From Candidatus Fervidifonticultor secundus (GTDB lineage Bacteria; Sysuimicrobiota; Sysuimicrobiia; Sysuimicrobiales; Humicultoraceae), in assembly GCA_031459385.1 (NCBI GenBank), contig JAVKIP010000007.1, positions 89,387-153,386 of the forward strand: a stretch of 64,000 nucleotides of DNA. Direction: 5' to 3'. Positions 40,968 through 49,931 of the stretch are shown piece by piece (positions within the stretch are counted from its first letter, which is position 1; each line of letters opens with the position of its first letter). A model generated the notes under the pieces. That model saw only the letters and a list, made by a program, of their open reading frames with translations. It was not told the origin of the DNA and made no database searches. Both the position numbers and the translations under genes were made by a program.

Positions 40968-41618
40968 ATGGCGGAGTTCGCAGTCATCGGGATGGGACGC
41001 TTCGGCCGGAGCGTGGCGGTGACCCTGCAGCAGATGGGCCACCGCGTGCTGGCCATCGACAAAGACGAGGAACCGCTGCGGCGCGTGGCGGAGGAGGTGA
41101 CGCACGCCGTGCAGCTCGACGCCACCGACGTCGAGGCGCTGCGCGGCGTGGGCATCACCAACTTCGATGCGGTAGTGGTGGCCATCGGCAACTACATCCA
41201 GGAGAGCATCCTCACCACCCTGGTCCTCAAGGAGCTCGGGTGCAAGAAGGTCGTCACCAAGGCGGTGGATGAACTGCAGGCCCGCGTGCTGGAGAAGGTA
41301 GGCGCCGATATCATCGTCCGGCCCGAGAAGGAGATGGGCATCCGCGTCGCCCACCTCCTGGCGTCGCCCAGCTTGGTGGACTACCTGGAGGTGTCGCCGA
41401 CGTTCTCCATCGAGGAGATCAGCATCTCCGACCGGCTACAGGGCCAGACGCTCCGCGACCTGGACCTGCGCGGCCGGTTTGGCGTCAGCGTGCTGCTCAT
41501 CCGGCGCGACGGCCAGCTGCTCATCTCCCCGCCGGCCGAGACGGTGCTACGTGCGGGCGACGTGCTGGTCGTCGTGGGCGAGAACCGACAGCTCAGTAAG
41601 CTCGAGTCCAGCCTGTGA
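40968..41618 (+). CDS. ktrA: Ktr/Trk NAD-binding RCK subunit
   Basis: FAVIGMGRFG, VVVAIG, PEKEMG, RCK-C domain. Confidence 0.92.
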   Translation: MAEFAVIGMGRFGRSVAVTLQQMGHRVLAIDKDEEPLRRVAEEVTHAVQLDATDVEALRGVGITNFDAVVVAIGNYIQESILTTLVLKELGCKKVVTKAVDELQARVLEKVGADIIVRPEKEMGIRVAHLLASPSLVDYLEVSPTFSIEEISISDRLQGQTLRDLDLRGRFGVSVLLIRRDGQLLISPPAETVLRAGDVLVVVGENRQLSKLESSL

Positions 41619-42424
41619 GGCCCCCGCCGCGGATCACCTCGTCGCGGCATCCCCTGGTCCAGACCTGCAAGCGCTTGGCGGCGCACCGGCACCCCGATCC
41701 CGACGGCCGCATCCTCCTGGACGGCCCGCGGCTCATCGAGGCCGCCCTGGACGCCGGCGCGCCCCTCGAGGTCGCCCTGTTCGCGCCGCAGGCCGCGCTG
41801 TCGGCGACCCACCGGGTTGTGGCACGGCTGCGGGACGCTGGCGTCCCCGTCTATCAGGCCACGGAGCGCGCAGTCCAGGCGGCGAGCCAGGTGACGACCA
41901 GCCAGGGTCTGGTCGCCATCGGCCGCGCGCCGCGGCCGCGCCCCGAGTTCGACCTAGTGCGCGAGCCCGATCTCGTCTTGCTGGTCGCCGACCGGGTGCA
42001 GGATCCCGGCAACGTGGGCACGATGGTCCGCACCGCCGTGGCCGCCGGTGCCACGGCCTTCGCGACTACCGAGGGCACGGCCGACCCCTTCGCGCCCAAG
42101 GCCCTGCGGGCCACCATGGGCGCCGCCTTCGCGCTGCCGATGGTCCAGATCGGGCGCGCTCGCCTGCAGGAGTTCCTCCACGCGGCTCGCCCGGCGATCT
42201 ACATCGCCGACCCGCGCGCCGGGCACCTCTACACCGACGTGCCGTGGAGACCGCCGCTCGTCATCGTGGTGGGGAACGAGGCAGCCGGGCCCCACCCCAG
42301 CTGGTCCAGCATGGGTGAGCTGGTGCGCATCCCCCTGTACGGGCCCGTCGAGTCGCTCAACGTCGCCGTGGCCGCCGGCTTGCTGCTCTACGAGGTGGCG
42401 CGGCGGCTGCGCGGGCGTCGCTGA
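41615..42424 (+). CDS. TrmH/SpoU family RNA methyltransferase
   Basis: QDPGNVGTMVRTA, KALRATMGA, GNEAAG, ESLNVAVA. Confidence 0.92.
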   Translation: MRPPPRITSSRHPLVQTCKRLAAHRHPDPDGRILLDGPRLIEAALDAGAPLEVALFAPQAALSATHRVVARLRDAGVPVYQATERAVQAASQVTTSQGLVAIGRAPRPRPEFDLVREPDLVLLVADRVQDPGNVGTMVRTAVAAGATAFATTEGTADPFAPKALRATMGAAFALPMVQIGRARLQEFLHAARPAIYIADPRAGHLYTDVPWRPPLVIVVGNEAAGPHPSWSSMGELVRIPLYGPVESLNVAVAAGLLLYEVARRLRGRR

Positions 42425-42469
42425 CGGGGTGGATGCGCAGGCACGCGACGTCGGGGCGTCGGTGGTTGC

Positions 42470-42499
42470 TTGCGTCGTCTTGCGGCGCTGTGTTATACT
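42470..42499 (+). promoter_or_regulatory. Sigma70 promoter upstream of the yqzL-like ORF / T-box / pheST
   Basis: TTGCGT-N18-TATACT with extended TG. Confidence 0.65.
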
Positions 42500-42578
42500 C
42501 GCGCCGTCGCGCACCGGCGGAGCCTGATCTGACGCGGGTTTGCGCCGGCGGCGCGGTGACGCGCACGCGGAGGGACTG

Positions 42579-42707
42579 GTGACGCCGCGCTGGTCGGCCG
42601 AGGTGTGCTGGCAGCTGTTCGTAGCCACCGGGTCCGTCTGGGCGTATCTCGGGTATCGCTACGCGCTCCGCGCGGCGCTGCTGGACCGCTGGTCCTCGCT
42701 GAACTGA
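42579..42707 (+). CDS. YqzL-like small protein (42 aa), absent from the ORF track
   Basis: GGAGG SD; VTPRWSAEVCWQLFVATGSVWAYLGYRYALRAALLDRWSSLN has the W..F..TG...AYL.Y pattern. Confidence 0.7.
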   Translation: MTPRWSAEVCWQLFVATGSVWAYLGYRYALRAALLDRWSSLN

Positions 42708-42714
42708 AGACGAT

Positions 42715-42990
42715 CGGCGATGACGGAGCGAGTACCGGCAGGCGGCCTCGCCCCTGGCGACCCCGGGGGAAGGGAGGGAGGGCCACCGACTGCAAGCCCT
42801 CTCGAGCGCGGCCCGCCGGGAAGTTCCCTCCTGAGCTGCCGGGCTGAACGCGGCCTGCGTCAGTAGGCCCGGCCGGAGTCCCGCCGTTACCCGGGAGAGA
42901 GGGCCGGATGCGTGGCGCCGGCCGAAGAAGGGTGGTATCGCGGAAGCGGCGCTTTCGCCCCTGCGGGGCGAAGGCGCCGCGGGCGTTTTG
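42715..42990 (+). ncRNA. Phe T-box riboswitch with terminator
   Basis: GCGATGACGGAG..AGTA stem I start, GAAG-TTC specifier, AGTA/GCCGTTA stem II elements, T-box GGGTGGTATCGCG, terminator GCGGCGCTTTCGCCCC/GGGGCGAAGGCGCCGC. Confidence 0.9.
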
Positions 42991-43004
42991 AGAGGCGGTG
43001 CGGT

Positions 43005-44003
43005 GTGCGGATCGAGGGCGGGCTCGAGGATCTCGAGCGGCTGGTGGCCGAGGCGCTGGCGCGCCTGGAAGCAGCATCGACGCCCGAGGCGGTGGAGGAC
43101 ATCCGCCGCGAGGTGCTGGGGCGACGGGGCCGGCTGGCCGCGCTGCTGAAGACGCTGCCGACGCTACCCGCCGACCAGCGCCCGGCCGCCGGCGCGCGCC
43201 TGAACGCCGCCCGGGCCCGGCTCGAGGCGGCGGTGGCCGCGCGCCGGGACGCGCTGGCCGGCCGGGTCACCGTCGCGCGCCTGGCCGCGGAGGCCATCGA
43301 CGTCACGCTGCCCGGGCGGCGGGCGCCGCTGGGGCGGCGGCACGTGCTGCGCCGTACCCTGGAGGAGATCGAGCGCATCTTCATCGGGCTCGGCTTCGAA
43401 GTCGTCGACGGCCCGGAGGTGGAGACCGAGGAGTTCAACTTCGAGCGGCTGAACATGCCGGCCGACCATCCCGCGCGCGACACCCAGGACACCTTCTACC
43501 TGGGCGGCGACCGGCTGCTGCGCACGCAGACGACGGCGGTGGACACCCGCGTGATGCTGGAGCGCCGGCCGCCCATGCGCATTCTGACCTCGGGCCGGTG
43601 CTACCGGCGCGACGCCATGGATGCCACGCACATGCCCGTCTTCCACCAGGTGGACGGGTTCATGGTCGGGGAAGGGATCACGTTCGCCGACCTGAAGGGC
43701 GTGCTGGCCGCGTTCGCGCGCGAGATGTTCGGCCCGGAGGCCCGCACGCGCTTCCAGCCCAGCTACTTCCCCTTCACCGAACCCAGCGCCGAACTGGCGG
43801 TGACCTTCGAGGGGCGCTGGCTCGAGCTGGGCGGGTGCGGCATGTTCCACCCGCGGGTGCTGGAGATGGGCGGCATCGACCCGGAGCGGTACACGGCGTT
43901 CGCCTTCGGGCTGGGGATCGACCGGCCGGCAATGGTCCGCTACGGCATCCCCGATATCCGCCTCTTCTGGGACAACGACCTGCGCCTGCTGGAGCAGTTC
44001 TGA
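43005..44003 (+). CDS. pheS: Phenylalanine--tRNA ligase alpha subunit
   Basis: HPARDTQDTFY, LLRTQT, FHQVDG, YFPFTEPS, FAFGLG. Confidence 0.97.
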   Translation: MRIEGGLEDLERLVAEALARLEAASTPEAVEDIRREVLGRRGRLAALLKTLPTLPADQRPAAGARLNAARARLEAAVAARRDALAGRVTVARLAAEAIDVTLPGRRAPLGRRHVLRRTLEEIERIFIGLGFEVVDGPEVETEEFNFERLNMPADHPARDTQDTFYLGGDRLLRTQTTAVDTRVMLERRPPMRILTSGRCYRRDAMDATHMPVFHQVDGFMVGEGITFADLKGVLAAFAREMFGPEARTRFQPSYFPFTEPSAELAVTFEGRWLELGGCGMFHPRVLEMGGIDPERYTAFAFGLGIDRPAMVRYGIPDIRLFWDNDLRLLEQF

Positions 44004-46126
44004 TGCGCGTGCCCCTGGGCTGGCTGCGCGAGTTCGTCGACCTCCCCGAGCCGGTCGAAGTCCTGGCCGAGCGGCTGCCCATGCTCGGCCTGGGGGTCGA
44101 GCGCGTGGAGGCCGCCGGCAACGGCGAGACGGTGCTGGACCTGGAGATCGCCTCGAACCGCCCGGATCTGCTGAGCCTCGTCGGCATCGCGCGCGAGCTG
44201 GCGGCATGGGGACGACGCGCGGTGCGCCTCCCCGACGACGTGGTGGGCGAGCACGACCCCGCAGCAGCGCAGGCTGCCGCCGTCGAAATCGCCGACCCCG
44301 ACCTCTGCCCGCGGTACATCGCCCACGTCATCACCGACGTCCGCGTCCGCCCCTCGCCGGCCCCGATCGCCGCCCGCCTGGAGGCGGCCGGCATCCGGCC
44401 CATCAACAACATCGTCGACGCCACCAACTACGTGATGCTGGAGTGGGGCCAGCCCATGCACGCGTTCGACCTGGCGCGCTTGGCCGACCGCCGCATCGTC
44501 GTGCGCCGCGCCCGCGAGGGCGAGACGCTCCTCACCCTCGACGAGATCCCGCGCCGGCTGGACCCGGAGATGCTGGTCATCGCCGACGCCCGTCGGCCGG
44601 TCGCCCTGGCCGGCATCATGGGGGGCGCCGAGACCGAGATCGCCCCGGCGACTACCACGGTGTTGCTCGAGGCGGCATCGTTCGCGCCCGCTACCGTGCG
44701 GCGGACCAGCCGCCGCCTGGGCCTGCGCACCGAGGCCTCGGCCCGCTTCGAGCGTGGGGTCGATCCCGACCTGACCCCCCGGGCTGCCCGCCGGGCGGCC
44801 CGGCTGATCGCCGAGCTGAGCGGTGGCCGGGTGCTGCGCGGCGCCGTGGACGTCTACCCCACGCCGGTTGCGCGGCCGGCGATCCGGCTGCGCCTGGCGC
44901 GGATCCGGCGCCTGCTCGGGACCGACGTGCCGGCCGCGGAGGTCGTGGAGATCCTGACGCGCCTGGGGCTCGAGGTCACGCCGCCATCGCCTGGGGCGGG
45001 GGACGCCGCCGCGGTCGTGGCGATCCCGCCCGTGGGCCGGCGTGACCTTGAACGAGAGGAGGACCTCATCGAAGAGGTCGCGCGCCACCACGGGTACGAC
45101 AGGATCCCGGAGACGATGCCCGTCGAGGCCCTGGCCCAGGGCCGGCGCAGCCCTCGCCTGGAGGCCGAGGCCGCAGCTCGCGACGTGCTGATCCGAACGG
45201 GCCTTACCGAGGCGATGACCGTGTCGCTGGCCCACCCGCGCCTGATCGAGCGCCTGGGGCTGGCCCCCGACGACCCGTGGCGGCAGATGGTGCCCATCGC
45301 CAACCCGCTCACGGCCGAGCACACCCATCTGCGCTCGTGCCTGCTGCCCGGCCTGTTGGAAGCCGCACGCGTCAATACCAGCCGCCGGCAGCCGGCGGTG
45401 CACCTCTTCGAGATCGGGCGGGTCTTCCGGCGGACCGCCGGGCCGCCCCGCGCCGCGATCGACGAGCGTCGGGCGCTGGGTGTGCTCATGCGCGGCCGCT
45501 GGATGGTCGGCGACTGGCAGGCTCCCGAGGCAGACCGCGCGGTGACCTTCTACCACCTCACCGGCGCCCTGGAGGCGCTCGTGCGCGAACTGCGCGCCGG
45601 GCGTCTGGAGGTGATAGCGGGCGGGCCCGGGTGGCTGCATCCCCACCGCGCCGCGCGCCTGGTGCTGGACGGTCTCGTCCTGGGCGTTGCCGGCGAGCTG
45701 CACCCCGAGGTCGCCGGGCGGTTCGAGCTGCCCGGCCGCACCTACGTCGCCGAGGTCGACCTCGACGCGCTGCTGGACCGGGCCGTGCTGAAGCCGCAGT
45801 TCGTGGCGCCGCCGCGCTACCCGGCGGTGCGCCGGGACGTCGCGGTGGTCGCCCCGGTGGCCCTGCCGCACGCCGCCGTCGCAGGTGCGCTCCGCGAGAT
45901 CGTGGGAGAATGGCTCGAGGCCATCGAACTCTTCGACGTGTACACAGGGCCCCCGCTGTCCCCCGGGACGCGGAACTTGGCCTACACGCTGACGCTGCGC
46001 GCGCCCGACCGGACGCTGACCGGCGAGGAGGTGGAGGAGGTCATGCGGCGCCTCGAGGCGGTCCTCCCCGCGCGCCTGCCGGTCGCGATCCGCGGCTCCG
46101 CGGCGGGAGGAGGCGGCCCGGCATGA
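44003..46126 (+). CDS. pheT: Phenylalanine--tRNA ligase beta subunit (lacks B2 OB domain)
   Basis: MRVPLGWLREFV, NRPDLLS, INNIVDATNYVMLEWGQPMHAFD, SARFERG, DLIEEVAR, FDX-ACB C-terminus. Confidence 0.96.
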   Translation: MRVPLGWLREFVDLPEPVEVLAERLPMLGLGVERVEAAGNGETVLDLEIASNRPDLLSLVGIARELAAWGRRAVRLPDDVVGEHDPAAAQAAAVEIADPDLCPRYIAHVITDVRVRPSPAPIAARLEAAGIRPINNIVDATNYVMLEWGQPMHAFDLARLADRRIVVRRAREGETLLTLDEIPRRLDPEMLVIADARRPVALAGIMGGAETEIAPATTTVLLEAASFAPATVRRTSRRLGLRTEASARFERGVDPDLTPRAARRAARLIAELSGGRVLRGAVDVYPTPVARPAIRLRLARIRRLLGTDVPAAEVVEILTRLGLEVTPPSPGAGDAAAVVAIPPVGRRDLEREEDLIEEVARHHGYDRIPETMPVEALAQGRRSPRLEAEAAARDVLIRTGLTEAMTVSLAHPRLIERLGLAPDDPWRQMVPIANPLTAEHTHLRSCLLPGLLEAARVNTSRRQPAVHLFEIGRVFRRTAGPPRAAIDERRALGVLMRGRWMVGDWQAPEADRAVTFYHLTGALEALVRELRAGRLEVIAGGPGWLHPHRAARLVLDGLVLGVAGELHPEVAGRFELPGRTYVAEVDLDALLDRAVLKPQFVAPPRYPAVRRDVAVVAPVALPHAAVAGALREIVGEWLEAIELFDVYTGPPLSPGTRNLAYTLTLRAPDRTLTGEEVEEVMRRLEAVLPARLPVAIRGSAAGGGGPA

Positions 46127-46647
46127 CGTACCTCGACTGGATCGTCGTCGCCCTCGCGCTCTGGTTCGTGCTCCAGGGGCTCCTCAAGGGCGCCGCCACC
46201 GCGGCCTTCGGCGCGCTCGCGGTGCTCGTCGCCTACGTCGGGGCCTGCCTGCTGGTACCCGCGGTGGTCGATCCCGTGGCGAGGGCGCTCATGGGCCTGG
46301 TGCGCGATCTCCCGCGGGACTGGGCGCGCACGTCGGCGTTCGCGGTCACGTTCCTCGTCGGCTACGTGCTCCTGCTGGTGCTGGTCAGCATCGTGGGCGG
46401 GGCCGCGCGCCCCGAGACGACCGGGCAGGTCCTCGGCGCGTTCGTGGGCCTGATCAAGGCCGCCGCGTGGGGGATGGCGCTGGTGGGCCTCTTCCTGGCC
46501 TCGCCGTTCGGCGAGGCGGGCGCCCGCGACGTGGAGCGGTCCGTGCTGGCCCGTCCCCTGGCGCAGGCACAGCGCGTGACGATCGAGGCGCTGCGCGACC
46601 GCAGCCCCGTGCCCCTGACCCCGGTGGGCGCGGGCCACAGGCTGTAA
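46123..46647 (+). CDS. cvpA: CvpA (colicin V production) family membrane protein
   Basis: MTYLDWIVV..QGLLKG, LGAFVGLIKA, SVLA; synteny with polX-mutS2. Confidence 0.75.
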   Translation: MTYLDWIVVALALWFVLQGLLKGAATAAFGALAVLVAYVGACLLVPAVVDPVARALMGLVRDLPRDWARTSAFAVTFLVGYVLLLVLVSIVGGAARPETTGQVLGAFVGLIKAAAWGMALVGLFLASPFGEAGARDVERSVLARPLAQAQRVTIEALRDRSPVPLTPVGAGHRL

Positions 46648-46650
46648 CCC

Positions 46651-48390
46651 GTGCAGAACCGCGCCGTCGCCCAGCGCCTCAACCAGATCGCCGACCTGCT
46701 GGAGATCAAGGGCGACCAGATCTTCCGCATCAACGCCTACCGCCGGGCCGCCCGCGCCGTCGAGAGCTTGACGGAGGACATTGCGGACGTGGCGGCCCGC
46801 GGCGAGCTCACGCGGATCCCCGGGGTCGGGCAGAGCATCGCCGAGAAGATCGAAGAGTTCCTGCGCACGGGGACGATGCAGGCCTACGAGGAGCTGGCGC
46901 GGTCGCTGCCGCCCGGCCTGGCCACGCTCATGAGCGTGCCCGACGTCGGTCCCAAGACGGCGCTGCTGCTCTACAAGCACCTGGGCATCACGACGGTCGA
47001 CGAACTGGAGCAGGCGGCCCGCGCAGGGCGGCTGCGCGCGCTGCCCCGCATGGGCGCCAAGACCGAGGAGAACATCCTGAAGGGCATCGCCGTGCTGCGC
47101 CGCTCCGCCGCGCGCCGGCCGCTGGGGGTCGTGTTGCCGCTGGCGGACGACCTGGTCGCACACCTGCGGCGTGCGCCGGGGCTGCAGGAGATCGAGGTGG
47201 CTGGCAGCCTGCGCCGGCGGAAGGAGACGATTGGCGATATCGACATCCTGGTGACCAGCACGAAGCCCGAGGCCGTGATGGACGCGTTCGTGCGCGCCCC
47301 GCAGGTGGCCCAGGTGCTGGCTCACGGCCCGACGCGCTCCAGCGTGATCCTCGACGCCGGCATCCAGGCCGACCTGCGGGTGGTGGAGCCGGCCGCCTAC
47401 GGCGCCGCCCTCCAGTACTTCACGGGCAGCAAAGAGCACAACGTCAAGCTCCGCGAGCGCGCGGTGCGCCGGGGCCTCAAGCTCAACGAGTACGGGGTCT
47501 GGCGCGCCTCCGACGATCGGCGCGTGGCGGGGCGCACCGAGGAGGAGGTCTACCGCGCCGTGGGGCTGCCGTGGATCCCGCCCGAGCTGCGGGAAGACCA
47601 GGGCGAGCTCGAAGCGGCCGAGGCCGGCCGGCTGCCGCGGCTTGTCGATCTCGACGCGCTGCGCGGCGACCTGCACGTACACACCAGGTGGTCCGACGGC
47701 GCCGAGACCGCCGAGGCCATGGCACAGGCGGCCAGGGCACTGGGCTACGAGTATCTCTGCATCACCGACCACTCGCAGTCGTTGAAGTTCGCGGGCGGTG
47801 TGCCGCCCGACGACCTCCGGCAGCACGCGGCCGAGGCGCGGCGCCTCTCGGCGCGGCTGGGGATCGCGGTGTTGATCGGCACCGAGTGCGACATCCTGCC
47901 CGACGGCCGGCTCGACTATGCCGACGACGTGCTGGCCGAGCTCGACGTGGTCGTGGCGTCCGTGCACTCTCGCTTCGCCATGTCGCGCGAGCAGATGACC
48001 CGGCGCATCGTCCGCGCCCTGGAGAGCGGCCGCGTCCACGTCCTGGGGCATCCCACCGGCCGCCTGCTCGGCCAGCGGGACCCCTACGAGGTCGACCTGG
48101 AGGCGGTCGTGGAGGCGGCGGTGCGGACCGGCACCGCGCTGGAGATCAACGCCTCGCCCGAGCGGCTCGACCTCAACGACGCCCACGCGCGCATGGCCCG
48201 CGAGCGGGGCGCGCGCTTCGTGATCAGTACCGACGCCCACCAGCGCGGCCATCTGCGACACATGGTCTTCGGCGTCAGCATGGCGCGCCGCGGCTGGCTC
48301 GAAGCCACAGACGTGCTGAACACGCTGCCGCTCGCCAGGTTCCGGGAAGCCCTGCGCCGGCCGACGCCCGCCCGCCGCCGCCGGGCCTGA
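46651..48390 (+). CDS. polX: DNA polymerase X / PHP exonuclease
   Basis: [51 protein letters not shown]. Confidence 0.95.
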   Translation: MQNRAVAQRLNQIADLLEIKGDQIFRINAYRRAARAVESLTEDIADVAARGELTRIPGVGQSIAEKIEEFLRTGTMQAYEELARSLPPGLATLMSVPDVGPKTALLLYKHLGITTVDELEQAARAGRLRALPRMGAKTEENILKGIAVLRRSAARRPLGVVLPLADDLVAHLRRAPGLQEIEVAGSLRRRKETIGDIDILVTSTKPEAVMDAFVRAPQVAQVLAHGPTRSSVILDAGIQADLRVVEPAAYGAALQYFTGSKEHNVKLRERAVRRGLKLNEYGVWRASDDRRVAGRTEEEVYRAVGLPWIPPELREDQGELEAAEAGRLPRLVDLDALRGDLHVHTRWSDGAETAEAMAQAARALGYEYLCITDHSQSLKFAGGVPPDDLRQHAAEARRLSARLGIAVLIGTECDILPDGRLDYADDVLAELDVVVASVHSRFAMSREQMTRRIVRALESGRVHVLGHPTGRLLGQRDPYEVDLEAVVEAAVRTGTALEINASPERLDLNDAHARMARERGARFVISTDAHQRGHLRHMVFGVSMARRGWLEATDVLNTLPLARFREALRRPTPARRRRA

Positions 48391-48406
48391 GCCTGCCGCG
48401 GCACGG

Positions 48407-49012
48407 GTGAGCCGGTACCGTCCCCTGCCGCGCCGCTTCTTCGCCCGCGACGCCGTGGCCGTGGCGCGGGCGCTGGTGGGTTGCCTGCTGGTGCACGAGA
48501 CGCCGCGCGGCCGCCTGGTGGGCCGCATCGTCGAGACCGAGGCCTACCGCGGTCCCGACGACCCGGCCAGCCACGCCTACCGCAAGACGGCCCGCAGCGC
48601 CATCATGTACGGGCCGCCCGGACGGGCCTACGTGTACTTCACCTATGGCATGCACTGGTGCCTGAACGTGGTCACCGGCGCGCGGGGCGTGCCGGGCGCG
48701 GTGCTGCTGCGGGCGGTCGAGCCCGTGGCAGGGGTCGCGCTCATGCGCCGGCTGCGCGGCGCGGGGCCCGACGTGCCGGCCGCGCGCCTGGCCGCGGGAC
48801 CAGGGCGGCTCACGCGGGCGCTGGGCGTCGGGCCGCGCCACAACGGGCGCGACCTCACCCGGCCGCCGCTCTACCTGGCCGCCGGCGCACCGCGGCGCAA
48901 GACGGTGCTCGTCGGACCTCGCGTCGGGATCACGGCTGCCCGCCGGCGGCGGTGGCGGTTCGGGCTGGCGGGATCGCCCGCGCTCTCGCGGCCCTTTCCC
49001 CGCCGCCTATAA
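48407..49012 (+). CDS. mpg: DNA-3-methyladenine glycosylase (AAG/MPG type)
   Basis: IVETEAY..DPASHA, YVYFTYGMHWCLNVV, AVLLRA, GPGRL, RVGI. Confidence 0.93.
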   Translation: MSRYRPLPRRFFARDAVAVARALVGCLLVHETPRGRLVGRIVETEAYRGPDDPASHAYRKTARSAIMYGPPGRAYVYFTYGMHWCLNVVTGARGVPGAVLLRAVEPVAGVALMRRLRGAGPDVPAARLAAGPGRLTRALGVGPRHNGRDLTRPPLYLAAGAPRRKTVLVGPRVGITAARRRRWRFGLAGSPALSRPFPRRL

Positions 49013-49019
49013 TGGGACC

Positions 49020-49931
49020 ATGTCGGTGTTGCTCTGCTTCCTCGACGGTGTCGGGCTCGGGCCCGACGATCCGGCGACGAACCCCATGGCGCGGGCCCCG
49101 ACGCCCGCGCTGCGGGCACTGCTGGGCGGCCCGCTCGTAGCACCCGGTGCCGTGGAGCGCGACGGCGCCCTGCTCGCCCCGGCCGACGCCACGCTCGGCG
49201 TGCCCGGGCTGCCGCAGAGCGCCACCGGCCAGACCGCACTGCTGTGCGGCGTGAACGCGCCAGCGGTGGAAGGCCGGCACGTCACCGCGTATCCCACCGA
49301 GGGCCTGCGCGCCCTGCTGCGCCAGCACAGTCTGTTCGCGCGCCTGGCGCGCCGCCGCCGGCGCGCGACCCTGGCCAACGCCTACAGCCCCGAGTACTTC
49401 GCGGCGATCGCCGCCCGGCGCCTCCGCATGGCGGCGGTGACGTTCGCCGCGCAGGCGGCCGGCGTGCGCCTGCGCTCGGTGGACGACCTGCGCCAGGGCC
49501 ACGCGGTCTTCCATGACCTCACCAATGCTCGCCTGCGGGCGTGGGGGCACGACGTGCCCGAGGTCACGCCCCGCGAGAGCGGTCGGCGCCTGGCGCGGCT
49601 GGCCGGCGACGCTGACCTGACCTTCTTCGAGTTTTTCCTGACCGATCTGGCCGCGCACCGCCGCATCGCGCTCTCGGCCGACCACGTCGTCGGCATGGTG
49701 GACGACCTGCTGGCCGGCATGCTGGAGGCGCGCGAGCCGGCGACGACCGTCATCGTCACCAGCGACCACGGCAACCTGGAAGACGACACCTCGCCGCAGC
49801 ACACCACGAACCCCGTGCCGGTCCTGGTCATCGGGCCGGGCCGGACAGCGTTCCGCTCCGTGCGCGCCATCACCGACGTGGCGCCGGCGATCCTGGCCCT
49901 GCTGGCCGCCGGCGACACCGGACCGGCATGA
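49020..49931 (+). CDS. Alkaline-phosphatase-superfamily metalloenzyme (iPGM-like)
   Basis: FLDGVGLG, GLPQSATGQTAL, TDLAAH, TSDHGNLED, HTTNPVP. Confidence 0.8.
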   Translation: MSVLLCFLDGVGLGPDDPATNPMARAPTPALRALLGGPLVAPGAVERDGALLAPADATLGVPGLPQSATGQTALLCGVNAPAVEGRHVTAYPTEGLRALLRQHSLFARLARRRRRATLANAYSPEYFAAIAARRLRMAAVTFAAQAAGVRLRSVDDLRQGHAVFHDLTNARLRAWGHDVPEVTPRESGRRLARLAGDADLTFFEFFLTDLAAHRRIALSADHVVGMVDDLLAGMLEAREPATTVIVTSDHGNLEDDTSPQHTTNPVPVLVIGPGRTAFRSVRAITDVAPAILALLAAGDTGPA

